Positions 1 through 12,786 of a DNA stretch of 64,000 nucleotides are shown one piece after another. Under the pieces are notes generated by a model that saw nothing but the letters and a program-made list of their open reading frames with translations, was not told where the DNA came from and ran no database searches. Within the stretch, counting starts at the first letter, position 1, and each line of letters begins with the position of its first letter. Source of the DNA: an uncultured Candidatus Saccharibacteria bacterium (GTDB taxonomy: Bacteria; Patescibacteriota; Saccharimonadia; UBA4664; CAZJNH01); the NCBI GenBank assembly GCA_964478595.1, contig CAYZIN010000004.1:557-64556 (forward strand), read 5' to 3'. The translations under genes were made by a program, and so were the position numbers.

Positions 1-1778
1 AAGGTCAGCGAGATCTTGTTTTTGTCCTTGTTGTCTAGCTGGTTGGTTTGGGTTTTAAGCTGCGACCAGTTATCGCCATTGGAATTGTAGCGAACGATGC
101 TAACCGTTTTGTATTTGCCGACCTTTTTTGCCTCCGGATAGGCCGCAACGTTAATCGGTTTTTTGAACGAGTTAAACTGGCTGCCGTCCTGGGTTTTGCA
201 CGCAAGTTGGTATGGGCCATACATTAGAAGCAGCGGCTTTAGTCCCTTGAGACTTTGGTTATTGTCCGAGTTAATCACAATCGAACAACTGGCGGCAGCG
301 TCTAGGGAGCCAACCGGTAAAGTGGCTCGAATAATTCCGTCGGGACTGGAGATTAGCGTACCTTCGGCGGTGGCCTTAAACTCACCGGTCGTGATATTGG
401 TTTTAGCGTATCCCGAAGCGTTACCGGAGTTATCAACCGCCTTCACGCGATAGAAATAAGCGGTCTTGTAGGCCGTGGTGGCATCGGTAAATTGGGCCGT
501 GGTTAAACTCGACGACAGTGTAACCCACTTGGTTTGATCCAGCGACCGTTCGATTTGGTAGCCCTTTAGCCCACTACCGCCGGTATCGGCCGACGCCGAC
601 CAGGACAACATTACAATCGATTTGTCCGCACCAAGAACAGCTTTGAAATTACCGGGGATACTCGGCGCCGTGGTGTCGTTAACATGAGTACCACCGCCGT
701 TATTTCTACCACCGCCATTGTTACCGCCTCCAGTCGGCGGCTTCGGGCAGGTGGAATTGTCGGTACCGGCACCGCAACCGTGGGGCGGGGGTGGCGGACA
801 GGTCGAATTATCGGTGCCCGGGCCACACCCATGGGGCGGAGGCGACGCAGTAACATTCACCGTCACACTTTTAGTAGCGCTATTACCTCCTGAATTGGTA
901 CAAAACAACGTGTAGGTTTTATTACCTAAAGTGCTGCCAACATTCACAGCCGTACCAGTACTTGAAGTCGGTTTCGATCCGGTCCACGAATTGCCGGCAG
1001 TACAGCTCGTAGGGCTGTTGGTGGCCGACCATCTAAATGTCACATTGGTGCTCTGCTGGGCGGAGGCCGAGCTGGAGTTATTGACGGTAAACGTCACCAC
1101 CGGTGCAGGCGGCAAAGTAGGCGCACTAACTTTTACTGTCCGGGTGGTTTCGAAATGCCAAATGTCGTTACCGCAGTACAGGTCAAAAGTATAAGTCCCG
1201 GCTACGTTTGAAGCGTGATGGTCTTCGTCGCCATTGGCTGGTTTGTTGCCAGACCAGTTTGTCGTTGGAGTCCTAACCGTACAGCTGTCGGTCGTTGAGC
1301 TGGTGCGCCAACTAAAGTGCATGATTTGGTTGGTCGTAGCATTGGCCGGAGTGCCGCCGTAGGTACAGTTACCGGCAACGCAAAAACTGGTGATATAAAC
1401 CTTGGCGGTTTCGCGGTTAATACTGGCCCAAGTTTGCGAGCCAACCACACCGTCGGGCGACAACCCGTGACCCCGCTGATAAGCAGCTACGGCGTTTTGA
1501 GTTTGAGAACCGAAGATGCCGTCTTGGGTCAGATTATTACTCGAATACATATCCAAATCCCACTGTAGATACTGGACACAGGCTCCAGAGCTGCCATTCT
1601 GGAGAGTCGGATAGTTTGTGCAGGTATAGGGATTCCCGTTATCGGTGTTAGCGAAAATAGATTTAGCGACGTAACCAACGGTAATCGCCAACGCCGCCAC
1701 CAACAGCAGATTTACAAAAGTAAAACGGCGACGAGTGCGCACCAGCTCTTTATGATGGGGATGATACTTGGCTGGCAT
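1..1778 (-). CDS. Secreted/surface protein: peptidoglycan-binding domain, Ig-like segments and fibronectin type III domain (3' end outside the window)
   Basis: Manual translation from ATG 1778; frame still open at position 1. N-terminal hydrophobic segment (FTFVNLLLVAALAITVGYVA); PG-binding motifs LQNGSSGACVQYLQ, DGIFGSQTQNAVAAYQ, DGVVGSQTW; Fn3-like DTTAPSIPGNFKA..LSWSASAD..GYQIERS..YFYRVKAVD. Confidence 0.8.
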   Translation of the reverse strand, partial: MPAKYHPHHKELVRTRRRFTFVNLLLVAALAITVGYVAKSIFANTDNGNPYTCTNYPTLQNGSSGACVQYLQWDLDMYSSNNLTQDGIFGSQTQNAVAAYQRGHGLSPDGVVGSQTWASINRETAKVYITSFCVAGNCTYGGTPANATTNQIMHFSWRTSSTTDSCTVRTPTTNWSGNKPANGDEDHHASNVAGTYTFDLYCGNDIWHFETTRTVKVSAPTLPPAPVVTFTVNNSSSASAQQSTNVTFRWSATNSPTSCTAGNSWTGSKPTSSTGTAVNVGSTLGNKTYTLFCTNSGGNSATKSVTVNVTASPPPHGCGPGTDNSTCPPPPPHGCGAGTDNSTCPKPPTGGGNNGGGRNNGGGTHVNDTTAPSIPGNFKAVLGADKSIVMLSWSASADTGGSGLKGYQIERSLDQTKWVTLSSSLTTAQFTDATTAYKTAYFYRVKAVDNSGNASGYAKTNITTGEFKATAEGTLISSPDGIIRATLPVGSLDAAASCSIVINSDNNQSLKGLKPLLLMYGPYQLACKTQDGSQFNSFKKPINVAAYPEAKKVGKYKTVSIVRYNSNGDNWSQLKTQTNQLDNKDKNKISLT

Positions 1779-1824
1779 ATCGGGTTAACTATACCTTAAA
1801 AACCCTTATGGTTAAACAAAAAAA

Positions 1825-2640
1825 TTACTTGGTTCGTTTAGCCGCTTTGAGCCATCGCTCTTTGCGAGCTTGTTCCGCCTCATGCGCCAAGGCCTGCCCG
1901 AGGCTGCCGCGATAACGCCTGATCAGTTCGAAATCCCAAACCAACGCAATCAAAACAATAACGTATAGCCAGACACGCGAATCCAAATACGAAGCTTTTT
2001 CGTAAGCTGCAAACCCAAGTAGCAATCCAATCCACCCTATTACTTGAGTTTTCAGTAAAACTGCGCCGCTAACCTTAGCCGCAGCGGTCGATCCGCGATA
2101 TCTTTTCGACAATACCAATCGGTAGATCCAACCGCCTACCACTACCGCCGCGAATAGCCCGGCCAAAATAAATATTTCGGTTCGGTTTGGGCTGGCGCTT
2201 AAAAAGTGAAACTGCTTTTGCAGCCTGGTGGTATTAAATAACACCGCCATCACCAGACCCAATCCTATTCCGCCCACTACCTCAGTCGGTGTGTGACCTT
2301 TAAGATACCCCTTTGGTTCGGGCGGCAAATTCAAATGTCCGGTCAATTTCCGCAGTAAAATCGCATGTTCGCCGGCCATCCGCCGAACTCCCAAGGCGTC
2401 ATACATGACGATTCCAGCCAGTACCGCCGTCACGCCAAACTCCGGGCTCGTCGGCCCGTTTAAGATCAAAGCCACGGTTGTTAGCGAAGTTACGACCGCC
2501 GAATGAGCGCTGGGCATTCCGCCCGACACATACATCATCCGCCAATCGATATCACCCCTAATTGCTCGCACCATGAACTTCAGCACCTGCGCCACCAACC
2601 ACGCCGCAAACGGTACCACTAAATACAAACTACTCTTCAT
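1825..2640 (-). CDS. Divergent PAP2-family (DUF212-like) membrane protein with extra C-terminal TM region
   Basis: SGGMPSAHSA, IVMYDALGVR and GHTPTEV motifs. Confidence 0.85.
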   Translation of the reverse strand: MKSSLYLVVPFAAWLVAQVLKFMVRAIRGDIDWRMMYVSGGMPSAHSAVVTSLTTVALILNGPTSPEFGVTAVLAGIVMYDALGVRRMAGEHAILLRKLTGHLNLPPEPKGYLKGHTPTEVVGGIGLGLVMAVLFNTTRLQKQFHFLSASPNRTEIFILAGLFAAVVVGGWIYRLVLSKRYRGSTAAAKVSGAVLLKTQVIGWIGLLLGFAAYEKASYLDSRVWLYVIVLIALVWDFELIRRYRGSLGQALAHEAEQARKERWLKAAKRTK

Positions 2641-2785
2641 TGTCGTCTTCCATTCCGCAATCGATTTCAGCGTCGCACTTTGGGCAATACCAGGTACCTT
2701 CGTCGTCTTGCACCATCAAAGTTCCGCAGTTTTCACAAACCTTTGGTTCTTCTTCCGACTTCGGAGCTGGTTTTGGCTTGGCCAT
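2630..2785 (-). CDS. 51-aa zinc-ribbon microprotein
   Basis: Manual translation MAKPKPAPKSEEEPKVCENCGTLMVQDDEGTWYCPKCDAEIDCGMEDDNEE; two CxxC pairs; AAGGAG upstream; stop overlaps the next start. Below the ORF-track cutoff. Confidence 0.75.
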   Translation of the reverse strand: MAKPKPAPKSEEEPKVCENCGTLMVQDDEGTWYCPKCDAEIDCGMEDDNEE

Positions 2786-2821
2786 TATGCTCCTTAGAAT
2801 AATCTACCTTGCAGTCGGTGG

Positions 2822-5065
2822 CTAGTTCTTGTGAGCTCTAACTTTGCGTTCAATCCCTAGCAGCGCACCCGAACCGAGTAGTAGTAGCGCCATAACCCCA
2901 AACAACAGGCCGAGTTTGTTGGCAGCTTTTTTATTTGCGGAGATATTCGGCACATTACTAGCTGCTGCGATCGAGATGTTGCCGGATGACTGGTTGGTGT
3001 TGTTGGTTGTGACTTGAGCGGATCCCCCGCTCGGAGCTGGGTAGTAAATAGCGCTGGTCGAGGTCGGACCATTTGTGGTTGGAATCGTTCCCCCACCCAC
3101 TGCGGCGGCGTTGCCGGCTGCGGTGTCTTGGCCCACGCTCCCGAACCAGTTACCAAAGACGTTGACTACCAATACCCCGAACCAGTGTTTCAAGTTTAGG
3201 TGGCTGCCCAGAATGTTTACCACGTTTGCCGCCACGCCAGCATTACCGGAAGTTGCCGATCCAGCGTTGGTGTTTCGCGTGACTGAGGCGTCACCGGAGA
3301 TGGCACCGGCGTTGATGTTGTTGTTGATGGTGCTAGTTGGAGAGTAGTTAACGTCGAGGTTACCGTTGGTTGAGCTTGAGGCGTTGTTGGTCGAACCTGG
3401 ACCGGTACCATTATTAGAAACCGTTGTATTACCGCCAAGCAGACCAGATTGGCTTCCGCCAGTCGAAGGCAGGTTCAAGATCGCTCCCATCCAGTGACCA
3501 AGCACATTGACCAAAACCAGTACTGCGTTGTCGCCAACCACGCTTTCGTTGTCGAGATTATAGGTGTTGGTATTGGTCGTCGCATTACCGGTTGTGGCGG
3601 CGCCTGCAATAGTATTTTGGTCGACGTTCGCGTCGCCAGACTGAGCACCGGTTCGGAGATTGTTATTGAAGGTCGATTGCGAAGTGTCGGTTATGTTGCC
3701 CGTTAGGTTTGAGCTTGAGTTGGCGGTGTTGTTTGAACCGGCGCCTGTGTTGGTGTTAGAAGCCGTGGCTGAGGATCCGCCCCCCGTGCCGCTCGCTCCG
3801 CCATTGCCGCCGATTAGGCTGTCTAAAAAGCCAGCTGGGAATAAGATGTCGCCGTTAAGGTCGCCGAAGATATTCACCATGCCGAAGAACGAACCGCCGG
3901 CGCCGATGGCTGAATTGATCATGTTAACGAGATTTAGCTCGACTGCCGCATCACCGGTTTTGGCGTTGCCGGCGTTGGTGTTGGCGTCGATGTTGGCGTT
4001 GCCGGACTGAGCCAAAAGGTCGATATTGTTGGTGATACTGCCATTGGGCTGATAGTTGACCGTCAAATCTTTATTAGCATTGGTTTGGGCCGTGTTTTGT
4101 GAGTTCGGGCCAGTATTACTATTCGAATCGAGTACGCCGCTAAAGCAGAAGTAGCAACCAATTCCGCCGCCGCCGCTGCCCGACATGGTCGGGTTCAGCG
4201 TAACGTCCCCGGTGTGATTGCCGAAGATGTTATCAACGAAGTAAGCCAGTGTGCCGCTCCCCCAGGTCCAACCCGAGTTAATCAAGTTTAGGAAGTTGGA
4301 AACTACATTTGCCATACCGGTCGAGGCGTCGCCGGCGTTGGTGTTGTTGGTAACGTTAGCATCGCCGGTTGTGGAGGTCGAAGTTTGGCCGTTAGTTATG
4401 CTTGCCAGTGCCAAGATGTTAAACAGCGCACTGGCGTTGTTATTGAGTATCGCGTTGTTAACACTGTTGGGACCGGTGTTGGAGTTGGATGGGTCGATGC
4501 CGAGCAGGGCGGCCAGTTTGGCTTTGGTTGAATCGGATGAGGCACCGACTAACATTGGGTCGTTAGCGGCAATGCCTGTGGCTTGCCCGCCGACTCCGGC
4601 ACTGCCGGAAACTTCGGGGGCGTAGTTAACGTAATACCAGCCGCTGCGCGAATCGTAGCTGTAGTAAGGACTTAGCCAGTTGCCGCTGGCGCTATCCCAG
4701 TAGAAGCTGGCCTGATTGGTGGCCACCCAAGTGCCCGTCTTGGAATCGAAGGCGTAGGTCGGGATAGGGCCAGTCGGCTTAGTGGGGCCTGTAGGCTGAG
4801 TCGGCCCAGTAGTGGTTGTTGGCCCAGTCGTTGATGCTGGTTGCGTAGTAGTTGAAGGATCGGTCGGAGTAGTCGTCGACGGATCGGTTGCGGTTGTCGT
4901 TGAAGGATCGGTCGATTGGGTAGTTGAAGGATCTGGAGTGGTCGAGGATTGGGTCGTGTCGGTAGGAGTGGTGGTATCGTCGGCCAAAACTAAGGCTGGC
5001 ATTGCCAAGACACTCAGCATGACCGCGATAATGGTGCTAGATAAAATTTGCTTTAGCTTTTTCAT
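2822..5065 (-). CDS. Large secreted Asn/Gly/Thr-rich repeat protein: four NTG..NTxAG units, C-terminal TM anchor
   Basis: Signal peptide, TTDPS stalk, four repeat units, C-terminal hydrophobic helix and basic tail. Confidence 0.85.
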   Translation of the reverse strand: MKKLKQILSSTIIAVMLSVLAMPALVLADDTTTPTDTTQSSTTPDPSTTQSTDPSTTTATDPSTTTPTDPSTTTQPASTTGPTTTTGPTQPTGPTKPTGPIPTYAFDSKTGTWVATNQASFYWDSASGNWLSPYYSYDSRSGWYYVNYAPEVSGSAGVGGQATGIAANDPMLVGASSDSTKAKLAALLGIDPSNSNTGPNSVNNAILNNNASALFNILALASITNGQTSTSTTGDANVTNNTNAGDASTGMANVVSNFLNLINSGWTWGSGTLAYFVDNIFGNHTGDVTLNPTMSGSGGGGIGCYFCFSGVLDSNSNTGPNSQNTAQTNANKDLTVNYQPNGSITNNIDLLAQSGNANIDANTNAGNAKTGDAAVELNLVNMINSAIGAGGSFFGMVNIFGDLNGDILFPAGFLDSLIGGNGGASGTGGGSSATASNTNTGAGSNNTANSSSNLTGNITDTSQSTFNNNLRTGAQSGDANVDQNTIAGAATTGNATTNTNTYNLDNESVVGDNAVLVLVNVLGHWMGAILNLPSTGGSQSGLLGGNTTVSNNGTGPGSTNNASSSTNGNLDVNYSPTSTINNNINAGAISGDASVTRNTNAGSATSGNAGVAANVVNILGSHLNLKHWFGVLVVNVFGNWFGSVGQDTAAGNAAAVGGGTIPTTNGPTSTSAIYYPAPSGGSAQVTTNNTNQSSGNISIAAASNVPNISANKKAANKLGLLFGVMALLLLGSGALLGIERKVRAHKN

Positions 5066-5104
5066 TGTTTCCTACCCCTCGTTTAGTTGCTTCTGGATTA
5101 TTTC

Positions 5105-5130
5105 GGGATTGGGCCCGAAGGCCCGCTCCC
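5105..5130 (-). terminator. Stable UUCG-capped hairpin downstream of the 192-aa gene
   Basis: Minus strand GGGAGCGGGCC-TTCG-GGCCCAATCCC; no long U-tract, so a partial terminator or 3' stabiliser. Confidence 0.55.
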
Positions 5131-5157
5131 TTAACACCGCTCAAGAACTAGAGTCAA

Positions 5158-5736
5158 CTAGAAGCTGACGGTAGTGGTCGAGTTGCTGGTGTTGTTTGCG
5201 CTACCAGTGGAAGCGCTGCCGGCGTTGGTGTTGTTGGTGACTGAAGCGTTGCCAGAAGTTGAGTTCTGGGTGTTGCTGTTGGTCACGTTAACATTCGCGG
5301 CGTTGGTGACGGTCAGAGTCTGGTCGTTGTTGAACGTCTCGTTGTTGTTCGAGTTCGCACCAGTTGTGCTGATCGTACCGTTGTTGTTGCTGCTAAAGAA
5401 GCCAGCCCAGTTCGTAGTACCTACACCAGCTCCGGACACGTTGGTCGAAGAGCTGTTGCTGTTGGTGGCTGATCCAGTAGTAGCGCTGCCGCCGTTGGTG
5501 TTAGAGTCAACGGTTGCAGTACCGGAGGTCGAGGTCTGGTTGTTAGTGTTAGAAACAGTGGCAGTCGGAACATTAGTAATGCTCGCGTTCTGCGTGTTAT
5601 TAACGGTCACCGTGTTAGTTGAAGTAGCACCGGTGTTCGAAATGGTTGCGCTGTTAGCAGCCGCCATTCCGATTCCAAGACCGACCGTAGCTAGAGCAAT
5701 CGCACTGTAGCGAAGTAAAGATGTTTTCATCCTCAC
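5158..5736 (-). CDS. Secreted two-repeat Asn/Thr/Ser-rich protein (candidate major fibre subunit)
   Basis: Signal peptide ending AAA; two gap-free ~72-aa units; AAGGAG upstream. Confidence 0.9.
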   Translation of the reverse strand: MRMKTSLLRYSAIALATVGLGIGMAAANSATISNTGATSTNTVTVNNTQNASITNVPTATVSNTNNQTSTSGTATVDSNTNGGSATTGSATNSNSSSTNVSGAGVGTTNWAGFFSSNNNGTISTTGANSNNNETFNNDQTLTVTNAANVNVTNSNTQNSTSGNASVTNNTNAGSASTGSANNTSNSTTTVSF

Positions 5737-5770
5737 ATTCTCCTTTCTTATTTATTTAGTTAATGTTTTT

Positions 5771-5827
5771 CGGGCTTGGCCCGCCCCGCATCTTTCTCTG
5801 CCAAGACGCCGGGTGGACCAAGTCCTG
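5771..5827 (-). promoter_or_regulatory. Long imperfect hairpin 5' of the 192-aa gene
   Basis: GGACTTGGTCCACCC..GCGTCTT / AAGATGC..GGGCGGGCCAAGCCC pairing. Confidence 0.5.
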
Positions 5828-5856
5828 GAACATTTCACTTAAGTTGTTAATTCGCA

Positions 5857-6318
5857 CTAGTTCGAAACCGAGATACTGCCTTCACCGCTTTGGAACGCTG
5901 AAACACTATTGTCGTTGCGAACAAAGCTGAAGGTGCCTCCTCCGGTCGAGACGAAACTGTTGCTCGAGCCGGTTGAGGAGTTGGACTGAACCGTGATCGT
6001 AACCGATCCATCTGGGTGGCCGATCGTACTGGTCCCGCCTGACGTAAAGCTACTAGTGGAATTTCCACTCACGCTTACGCTAACTGCAGGCGTTTGGACC
6101 TGCGCTGGCGCTTGGCCATTTAGATCGATTCCCACTCCGTTGACCGTTACCTCCGGTTGCTCAGTTGTTAGAACCTGGCCAACCAAAACTTGGTCGGAGT
6201 TGGCACTAATGTCATGAGCAATCCTGGCCTGGCTAGCGACCGCGGCCGCCGCAAGAGCTGCGGCGACGGTCAGAGCCAGAGTCAGTTGGATTGGTTTTAC
6301 TTTGAAAGTACTCATCAT
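5857..6318 (-). CDS. Secreted Ser/Thr/Val-rich accessory protein
   Basis: Signal peptide; GGAGG RBS; tightly packed in the operon. Confidence 0.75.
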   Translation of the reverse strand: MMSTFKVKPIQLTLALTVAAALAAAAVASQARIAHDISANSDQVLVGQVLTTEQPEVTVNGVGIDLNGQAPAQVQTPAVSVSVSGNSTSSFTSGGTSTIGHPDGSVTITVQSNSSTGSSNSFVSTGGGTFSFVRNDNSVSAFQSGEGSISVSN

Positions 6319-6324
6319 CCCTCC

Positions 6325-6954
6325 TTAGAGGCTGCGTTCCTTACGCACCGCGTAAACCGCGCTGCCAGCTGCCCCCAGCAAGCTCATTAGAGCCGCTGCG
6401 GCTAGCAATCCGGCGCTGAGTCCGCGTGTGTGGTTAACCGCTGCCAAATCTTGACTGCCGTTACCAAGCACTCGGCGCAAAGCCGAAACGTCGATGACTC
6501 CGGATGCACCAGTGGCCGGCAACATACCGCCGCCGACGCCACCAGCGCCGCCAGTAGTAGCTAGGGCCAATGCACCGCCGCCGACGCCACCCGAAAGACT
6601 TCCACCGCCTCCCGGTAAGCTGCCGCCGCCAAGTCCACCGCCAATACCGCTGCCGTTAATACTAGTCACAAAGCTGTTGTTGTTACTGGCTGACCCAGTT
6701 GAAGCACTTCCAGCGTTGGTGTTGTTGGTGACATTGGCGTCACCGCTAGTTGCAGTCTGGTCGTTGGTGTTGTCAACGGTCGTAGTTGGAGTATTAACAA
6801 TCGTTGAGGTCTGGTCGTTGCTAATCGTAGTTGTGTTGGTCGAACCTGAACCAGTGTTTGAAATACTGGCGCTGTTGTCGGCCAAAGCACTCATCGGAAC
6901 AGCACTCATAAGACCTGCAATCGCTATACTCGCTACTAATCGTTTTGCAATCAT
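6325..6954 (-). CDS. Secreted one-repeat protein with Gly-rich linker, LPATG motif and C-terminal TM/basic tail
   Basis: Signal peptide, one 72-aa unit, LPATG at 6508-6522, hydrophobic helix, RKER tail. Confidence 0.85.
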   Translation of the reverse strand: MIAKRLVASIAIAGLMSAVPMSALADNSASISNTGSGSTNTTTISNDQTSTIVNTPTTTVDNTNDQTATSGDANVTNNTNAGSASTGSASNNNSFVTSINGSGIGGGLGGGSLPGGGGSLSGGVGGGALALATTGGAGGVGGGMLPATGASGVIDVSALRRVLGNGSQDLAAVNHTRGLSAGLLAAAALMSLLGAAGSAVYAVRKERSL

Positions 6955-7839
6955 TTACATCCACCTCCCTTCTTTCCCTATTAGTTGTTTGGTATCTGAC
7001 GCCACAATAAACACAGGCGCAGCCCCTTTGGGACCGGCCTGTATTTCCACGCGTGGTGTAGCAAAAGAAAGGAGAGAAGAACCCGAAGCGTCACTGCGAG
7101 GAGCGTGCTGGAAACCGCTGCGACGTAGGTATGTCATAAAGCTTGAAGTAATTAGGAGCAGGACCGCCAGCCAAGCAATGCTGCCCTGGCTAGGCAAAAC
7201 GTTCCGTAAAGCTGCGAGGCGCAGGGCCATGCCTCGGCCGAAACCGCCGCCTGAACCACTTGCAGCTGGGGCCACCGAACCGGTTGGACCAGTCGGTGCC
7301 GGCAAGCTTTTGTTATTGTCCTGAACCGGGGCAATAGGAGTCGGTTGATTAGCTGAATGATTTAGGGCGATTGGCGTCTGGGGGTTTTGGGTGGCCGGAA
7401 TAGCCAAGTTAACCACCCTGCCGTTGCCGTCGGTGTAGTTGGTTGGCGTGTTTGCAGATGAGGTCAAAGTAGTTGGAGAGCTTACGGCAGAATCCGCCGT
7501 AGATGCCGGAGCCGTAGTGGCTGACTCGCCCGTTGGCGATACCGGAGCTGACGAAGTTTTAACGTCTGAAACTGTGTTGGTTTGATCAGTAGTGGAGGTG
7601 TCCACCGACTGAGATGATTGCTGATCGTTTTCGACCTGAATAGTCGAACCGGAGTCGTTAGTAACCTGAACTTGGGAGGTCGATTTAGTTTCAACGGTTG
7701 AGCCGGGGTCGGTGTCAGCATGAGCTAGGCCGCGAACCATTAAGGTTGCGACTAAGACTGAGAGTGCAGTAACACCAAATTTGGCGAAACCTAGTTTTCT
7801 CAACACTTCCCTCAAATTAAAAATGTCTCCCCACCACAA
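6955..7839 (-). CDS. Ser/Thr/Pro-rich secreted protein with C-terminal TM helix (first gene of the operon; start uncertain)
   Basis: Signal-like N-terminus, low-complexity stalk, TM IAWLAVLLLITSSFMTYL. Confidence 0.7.
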   Translation of the reverse strand: MWWGDIFNLREVLRKLGFAKFGVTALSVLVATLMVRGLAHADTDPGSTVETKSTSQVQVTNDSGSTIQVENDQQSSQSVDTSTTDQTNTVSDVKTSSAPVSPTGESATTAPASTADSAVSSPTTLTSSANTPTNYTDGNGRVVNLAIPATQNPQTPIALNHSANQPTPIAPVQDNNKSLPAPTGPTGSVAPAASGSGGGFGRGMALRLAALRNVLPSQGSIAWLAVLLLITSSFMTYLRRSGFQHAPRSDASGSSLLSFATPRVEIQAGPKGAAPVFIVASDTKQLIGKEGRWM

Positions 7840-8020
7840 GTTCTTTCCCGATAGGTCGACAGAACGCTCACAACAATACTCTTAAGGCTGCTATTTATTC
7901 ATTGTGAATAATGCCTAAACATTTAGCGGAAGGCTGCGCCAATTTAGTCAGAAAGCAGCATAAGTTATTTGAATTTTGCATAAGCAAAATGACCAAGCAC
8001 TTTGCACAAAGCTTACGCTT

Positions 8021-12648
<4,628 letters not shown>

Positions 12649-12786
12649 TCAAAAAAAATTGACGCCTCAACGCCCTTCATCACGATCAATTATAGCTTAT
12701 CTCGGAGAAAAAGCCAAGCATTATGGCAATATTTCCAATCTATTTACTCCTGGATTTGCTGAAGCATAAGTGGTTTAATTAGGGCA

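Noticed and set aside
5174-7324. Long plus-strand Val/Leu-rich ORFs (5174-5710, 6494-7324; likewise 39076-39774 on minus)
   Set aside because: Antisense shadows of Asn/Thr/Ser codon-rich genes; no RBS or independent signal.
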